A stretch of DNA of 64,000 nucleotides, from assembly GCA_030390025.1 (NCBI GenBank), contig JASTWF010000359.1, positions 310,001-374,000 on the forward strand, given 5' to 3'. The translations under genes were made by a program, and so were the position numbers. Origin of the DNA: Squalus acanthias (taxonomy: Eukaryota). Of this stretch, positions 58,401-64,000 are shown piece after piece (position 1 is the stretch's first letter; every line of letters begins with the position of its first letter). The notes beneath the pieces are model-generated. The model was not told the DNA's origin and made no database searches. It saw nothing but the letters and a program-made list of their open reading frames with translations.

Positions 58401-59045
58401 TATAAACACGACACCGTGTCTCCTGTATTATAAACACGACACCGTGTCTGCTGTATTTATAAACACGATATCGTGTCTCCTGTATTTATAAACACGATAC
58501 CGTGTCTGCTGTATTTATAAACATGATATCGTGTCTCCTGTATTTATCAACACGATACCGTGTCTCCTGTATTTATAAACACGACACCGTGTCCCCTGTA
58601 TTTATAAACACGGCACCGTGTCTCCTGTATTTATAAACATGACACCGTGTCTCCTGTATTTATAAACACGACACCGTGTCTCCTGTATTTATAAACACGA
58701 CACCGTGTCCCCTGTATTTATAAACACAACACTGTGTCTCCTGTATTTATAAACACGATACCGTGTCCCCTGTATTTATAAACACGATACCGTGTCTCCT
58801 GTATTTATAAACACGATACCGTGTCTCCTGTATTGATAAACACGACACCGTGTCTCCTGTATTTATAAACACGATACCGTGTCCCCTGTATTTATAAACA
58901 CGACACCGTGTCTCCTGTATTTATAAACACGACACCGTGTCTCCTGTATTTATAAACACGACACCGTGTCTCCTGTATTTATAAACATGACACCGTGTCT
59001 CCTGTATTTATAAACACGACACCGTGTCTCCTGTATTTATAAACA
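34431..59045. repeat. 29-bp tandem satellite (C), consensus CACCGTGTCTCCTGTATTTATAAACACGA, ~850 units
   Basis: Period 29 is directly visible (e.g. 35281 to 35310). Units are degenerate at the left edge. Confidence 0.98.
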
Positions 59046-59049
59046 TTGT

Positions 59050-59331
59050 TTTCTTATTCGTTCATGGGATGTGGGCGTCGCTGGCAAGGCCAGTGTTTAT
59101 TCCCCATCACTAATTGCACTTGAGAAGGTGGTGGTGAGCCACCTTCTTGTACCGCTGCAGTCCATTCGGTGAAGCTACTCCCACAATGCTGTTAGGGAGG
59201 GAGTTCCAGGATTTTGACCCAGCGACGTTGAGGGAATGGCGATATACTTCTCAGTCAGTATGGTGTGTGACTTGGAGTGGAACCTGAAGTGGGTGGTGTT
59301 CCCAAGCGCCTGCTGCCCTTGTCCTTTGAGG
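59050..59331 (-). mobile_element. 3' end fragment of a shark non-LTR retrotransposon (CR1/L2 group)
   Basis: TTATTCGTTCATGGGATGTGGGCGTCGCTGGC...GCTGTTAGGGAGGGAGTTCCAGGA; the reverse strand gives the SWNSLPNS-type ORF2 end. Confidence 0.7.
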
Positions 59332-59535
59332 TTTTGTAAGATACATAATACGGTATCCCCTGTTATATTTGGTGTACATGCGGTAACAACATTCAGCCTT
59401 CTGGCTTACTCTGGATCCAGCTTTTGTTTCAGAACCCTGTCCGATTTTTTTCTCCCAGTCCCATATCTCTGAACATGCTTTTTATCAGGAGTTGATCAGT
59501 TCCCTCTGAGTTTTGGAATTCAGTCAATATTTACT

Positions 59536-59549
59536 GCACTAGGTGGCAG
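59536..59549 (+). promoter_or_regulatory. Candidate CTCF core motif GCACTAGGTGGCAG
   Basis: One mismatch to the CCASYAGRKGGCRS consensus. Motif match only. Confidence 0.35.
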
Positions 59550-60207
59550 TCTGTCCCAGCAGTCAGTCACTCTGAGCACGAACCTGATGGCTTCTTCAAC
59601 CCATGTCCTCTGCTCCTTCCCTGCTGCTTTTGTACAGAATAACTTTCCCCCCTCTTCTCCCGACTGCCCCCCCGCTGGGGTCATGTTCCAGTGTGTGTGA
59701 GCCAGTATTAAACGCTCCTTTCAGTGACTCGATCGGGCTGATTTTATGTAAAGGCACTTTTGGCAGCAAGCTGTGCTTTCTGACCTTGTCGATTGGGAAA
59801 TAGCAAAGCTCACAGGCCATGATTTACCAAAATGGACAGGAAATCATGGGCAGTGCGCCCACAGTTTCGTGATATTCGGCACTGGGATTTCGGACTCCTC
59901 ACTGGGGATGCAAATTCACGAAATCAACTGAAATATCTCAGAGTTTAATTCCGGTAGAATTTATAAAAGACACACACAAATCAAGCAAACACAGGAAATG
60001 TGCATCACGTTTAAATGTAATGCATATCTTACAGAAGATTCAATGCTGGAGAATATGGGTAATTTCAGCAAAATTATTACGGGCTGAAATTGTGCTATAT
60101 TCGTAACAAATGCTGTAACACACTCATCTGAAATTCCTCTGTGCACTTTCAATGAAGGTGTTACTGCCTCATTAACTGCTGACAAAGGATTTTCATATGA
60201 ATAACAC

Positions 60208-60428
60208 CAACAACTACTTGAATTTAAACAGTCCCAAGGTGCTCCATAGGAGCCTAACGAACAAATAATAGATCCCGAGCAAAAGAAAGATATTCGGAGG
60301 GGTGACAATAAGCTTGGTCAAGAAGGTGGGTTTTCCGGAGGGTTGTAAAGGAGGAGAGAGAGGTGGAGATGCGGAGAGGTTTAGGGAGGGAATTCTCGAG
60401 CTTAGGGCCTTGGCAGCCGAAGGCCGTG
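60208..60428 (-). mobile_element. L2-clade LINE 3' fragment
   Basis: AFGCQGPKLENSLPKPLRISTSLSSFTTLRKTHLLDQAY resembles the L2 ORF2 C-terminus (AFS..GPKLWNSLP...FK..LKT.LF). Confidence 0.8.
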
Positions 60429-60520
60429 TTGTTGCTAATATTGCACAATGCAATTTCAGTTACGGCAACACAATACGAAGTATTAAGATTAGCCACTGAG
60501 CCATACAGACTAGGTCTATC

Positions 60521-60594
60521 CTGAAATAACAACAGAATGTGCTGGAAACACTCAGCAGGTCAGGCAGCATCAAGGAGAGAGAAACAGAGTCAAC
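60521..60594. mobile_element. Short fragment of a common shark repeat (probably Penelope-like terminus)
   Basis: CTGAAATAACAACAGAATGTGCTGGAAACACTCAGCAGGTCAGGCAGCATC...AGAGAAACAGAG; recognised from memory only. Confidence 0.45.
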
Positions 60595-61235
60595 GGGAGT
60601 GATTTTGCCAATGGGGGGCGCGTTGGAGGCGGGACTGCTGCTTGTCGGGTTTTAGTCCCGCCTCCATCGACTTGTGGCCAACCCACGCCCAGCGGGCTTA
60701 GCAGGTCAATTAAGGGAAAGCCGGTGACAGAGAACGTCAGCGTATGACGTTTCATCTGTCAAAAATTTTTGACAGATGAATTGTCAGTGTTTGACAGCTT
60801 TGAGAAGCTGTCAAACACTGACATTCTCTGTTGTTTGGTGAGTTCTTGTACTCAACACTCACCAAACCTATTTCCTGAGCAGAAATCAGATGGTTGTTGC
60901 ATCGGAAAATGCAGCAGCCATTCTGTCATCTCTGCCGTGGAGAAGCTGGAGCCTCCGGATCCCCAACGATTGAAGCCTGCAGGAAGAAACAAAGGTAAGG
61001 AAACTTTTTCCTAACACTTTTCACTCACCTCACATACTTACCTCTCCACACTTGCACCCATCACTCACCTCCACAGCGCACGTTTGGACCCCGCAGACCC
61101 CCGCAGACCCACTGCTCGCCTCACTGACCCTGGTGGGATTTCCCGACGTCAGGAAGCCCGCTCCTCTGCTGGAAAAATGGGGATAATCCTCTTAACTGCC
61201 AGTTAACTACCTCGCAGGGAGGTGAGAGAAATCTA
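60595..61235. mobile_element. Non-autonomous DNA transposon remnant (Harbinger-type MITE-like) with internal palindromes
   Basis: Begins GGGAGTGATTTT, has GC-rich subterminal regions and internal perfect hairpins at 60734-60823. The right end is uncertain. Confidence 0.5.
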
Positions 61236-61343
61236 TTTTATTTTTACCACAATGCTGCCACATTTGTGTGAGGCATGAAGTAAACTAAACACATGGATAT
61301 TAATTAGGGGCAATCAAAGGCTGAGGCCAGAGGTCAATGGTAT

Positions 61344-62537
61344 GGATGGAACGCCCTTGGTGAGGGTGAAAGACCGTGGTGAGGGTGAAAGACCGTGGTG
61401 AGGGTGAAAGACCGTGGTGAGGGTGAAAGACCTTGGTGAGGACGAAAGACCTTGGTGAGGATGGAAAGACCTTGGTGAGGATGGAAAGGCCTTGGTGAGG
61501 ATGGAAAGACCTTGGTGAGGATGGAAAGGCCTTGGTGAGGATGAAAGACCTTGGTGAGGATGGAAAGACCTTGGTGAGGATGAAAGACCTTGGTGAGGGT
61601 GAAACACCTTGGTGAGGATGAAAGACCACACGGTGGCATAGTGGTTAGCACTGGTGCCTCACAGCGCCAGAGACCCGGGTTCGAATCTGACCTCGGGTGA
61701 CTGTCTGTGTGGAGTTTGCACATTCTCCCCGTGTCTGCGTGGGTTTCCTCCGGGTGCTCCGGTTTCCTCCCACAGTCCAAAAATGTGTGGGTTAGGTTGA
61801 TTTGGCTATGATAAATTGACCCTTAGTGTTAGGGGGGATTAAATATGTGGGGTTATGGGGATAGGATGGGATATGTTAGGGGGAATTAAATACGTGGGGT
61901 TACGGGGGTAGGGTGGGATATGTGTACTGTGGGGATTAAAGCAGGGACAGGGTACTGGATTTGGATGATCAGCCATGATCGTATTGAATGGCGGAGCAGG
62001 CTCGACGGGCCGAATGGCCTACTCCTGCTCCTAGATTCTATGTTTCTATGTTTCTATGAAAGACCTTGGTGAGGGTGAAAGACCTTGGTGAGGGTGAAAC
62101 ACCTTGGTGAGGATGAAAGACCTTTGAAAGACCTTGGTGAGGGTGAAAGACCTTGGTGAGGATGAAAGACCTTGGTGAGGGTGAAAGACCTTGATGAGGA
62201 TGAAAGACCTTGGTGAGGGTGAAAGACCTTGGTGAGGATGAAAGACCTTGGTGAGGGTGAAAGACCTTGATGAGGGTGAAAGACCTTGGTGAGGGTGAAA
62301 CACCTTGGTGAGGATGAAAGACCTTGGTGAGGATGAAAGACCTTGGTGAGGATGAAAGACCTTGGTGAGGGTGAAAGACCTTGGTGAGGATGAAAGACCT
62401 TGGTGAGGATGAAAGACCTTGGTGAGGATGAAAGACCTTGGTGAGGATGAAAGACCTTGGTGAGGATGAAAGACCTTGGTGAGGATGGAACGCCCTTGGT
62501 GAGGATGAAAGACCTTGGTGATGGTGAAAGACCTTGA
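61344..62537. repeat. 19/20-bp minisatellite (GACCTTGGTGAGGATGAAA), interrupted by a SINE at 61628-62058
   Basis: Period 19 is visible on both sides of the SINE; 20-bp GATGGAAA variants are mainly on the left. Confidence 0.95.
61628..62058 (+). mobile_element. Near full-length HE1-type V-SINE
   Basis: tRNA-derived head with Pol III A box TGGCATAGTGG (61634-61644) and B box GGTTCGAATCT (61678-61688). V-domain GTGTGGAGTTTGCACATTCTCCCCGTGTCTGCGTGGGTTTCCTCCGGGTGCTCCGGTTTCCTCCCACA. CR1/HER1-shared 3' tail with (TTTCTATG)n. Confidence 0.95.
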
Positions 62538-62869
62538 TTTTTTGGACCAACAGTCACCAGGGTGTTCCACACCCTCCTGCTGTACCTCCCACAACAAAGA
62601 ACCATTTATTTGACATTGTATTGCAGATGCGGGTTGTCGACTCATCCAACATTTCTACATCTGCACCACATGAGGGCAGACTGTGTCCGTTGCTTGCACA
62701 TGACATCTATGCTCCCGTATCATAGATAGTTTAAAGACTGAGGACCTGAGATCCTGAAAGGAAAGTGCGATCAGGTACTGGTGGGATCTCATGGCAGGCA
62801 GAAGGCCCACCCCACCAGTTTACTGAGCGTCTCAGGAAAATCCAGGCCCGTGTTTCAGCGAGCTATTCA

Positions 62870-63095
62870 ACTTGAGGGCTATCTTAGCTGAGCCCAGTTA
62901 TTTGCATACGTGATATTCACACACATACACTCTCCAAAGGGATTACTAGGTAGTGATCAGCACTGGATGGGGAGCCCTGCGACCTTTCCCCCCTCCCCAG
63001 CTCCCCAACACTGAAGGCCAAACACAGGTCCTCAGCTGCTGCCCAAGTTGAGATCAGCGAAGTCAACACAAACATGGGACGTTCTGGTCTGCCTT
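62870..63095 (-). mobile_element. Interspersed SINE-like repeat (unclassified), copy 2
   Basis: The reverse complement is similar to 18565-18760. Confidence 0.5.
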
Positions 63096-63293
63096 CAGTT
63101 ACATACTGGCTTCCCCAGCAGATCCTACAGGGGAGGCCCTGAACACTGCTCAGTGAGCAGCTTTCTCTTCGCTGTTTCCCTTCACTAGAGACACAGATGT
63201 TATGTGAGGGCCGAGAGCAAATTCTAATTACAAGACTTCCTAGTGCTGCCACCCATATCACACACAGCCAAATCATGCATCATAACTTTCATG

Positions 63294-63307
63294 GTTACCA
63301 TGGTAAT
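63294..63307. promoter_or_regulatory. Candidate RFX X-box GTTACCATGGTAAT
   Basis: 13/14 match to the palindromic GTTRCCATGGYAAC. Motif match only. Confidence 0.3.
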
Positions 63308-64000
63308 GTGTTGTTTATTAACTCCATAACACACAGACAGCTCTATTACATCTGGTTTATATTACATTATTCTTTCAGTGCAGATTAAAGGCTTGAACAG
63401 AGCAAGTATAGTAACCCAGCATGTGATGTGTAATTCTCAGCCAGCAGAGAGTCCTTTAAACAGCCCCTCGCTCTCCCAGAGAAAAACAGCAGCTACAATA
63501 CGTCGGCACAATGAGGTTAGCTAAACCTGTTTCTCTCCGGTGACCACACGGTGCAGGAGCAGGACTATTCCCCATCGCCTGCAGCTGTTCCCATGTCAAT
63601 GTGACGAAGCAGAGAAAGGAACGTGTTCCACACAGTCCAATCCTGGGAAAAGGGAGAAGTGCAGTGAGGAGAATGGGGGATGGGGGGCAGGGGTGGAAAT
63701 TTGCTGGGAGCACAAACAGAGCAAGAGACTGTTTCAACTCTCAACAGGTCCAGTGGGTTTCGTCAGGATAATTAAACCTTTAGCTGCAGGGCCGAAACAA
63801 TTTCAATGGAACAATGTTGAAATAAAGATTGGCCACACTAGGTGAAATTCCTGTGTAGAGCGTCAGTGTAAATCTCTGGGTGAAGATTCTCTGTCCAGTA
63901 TTTCCAGGGAAACAGGAAACTGAAATAACGGGTTTCCAATTTAACTGAAAATAGCGACAGTGGAAATCATCACCAACACAATTATAATATCGCTGTACCC

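Noticed and set aside
1..59045. CRISPR array interpretation of the 25-32 bp repeats
   Set aside because: Units are directly adjacent with no unique spacers, there are no cas genes, and the context is vertebrate.
61628..61700. tRNA gene
   Set aside because: It is the tRNA-derived head of a V-SINE and continues into the V-domain and LINE tail.
61300..62645. FHPHQGLSSSPRS-repeat ORFs
   Set aside because: Minisatellite translations in all frames, interrupted by a SINE.

Overview
Gene-free, repeat-dominated eukaryotic DNA, most likely from a cartilaginous fish (shark). This is inferred from HE1/V-SINE, SacSINE1/DeuSINE-like and HER1/CR1 LINE elements recognised by eye. About 69% of the window is tandem repeat: a 32-bp satellite (1-16229, with a ~1.8-2.2 kb higher-order period), a 25-bp satellite (~22870-25496), a 29-bp satellite (~34431-59045, with a ~4.26 kb internal duplication) and a 19-bp minisatellite (~61344-62537). 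The remainder is decayed CR1/L2 LINEs, SINEs, non-autonomous DNA transposons and one solo LTR. No host gene is supported. The most unusual observations are: (i) each 29-bp unit parses as a 12-RSS-like heptamer/12-bp spacer/nonamer; (ii) a perfect 61-bp inverted copy of nearby DNA at a CR1 5' junction; (iii) an in-frame CR1 ORF1-ORF2 chimera; (iv) a core motif shared by three satellites; (v) three adjacent hairpins. All family names come from recall of consensus features, not from database searches.
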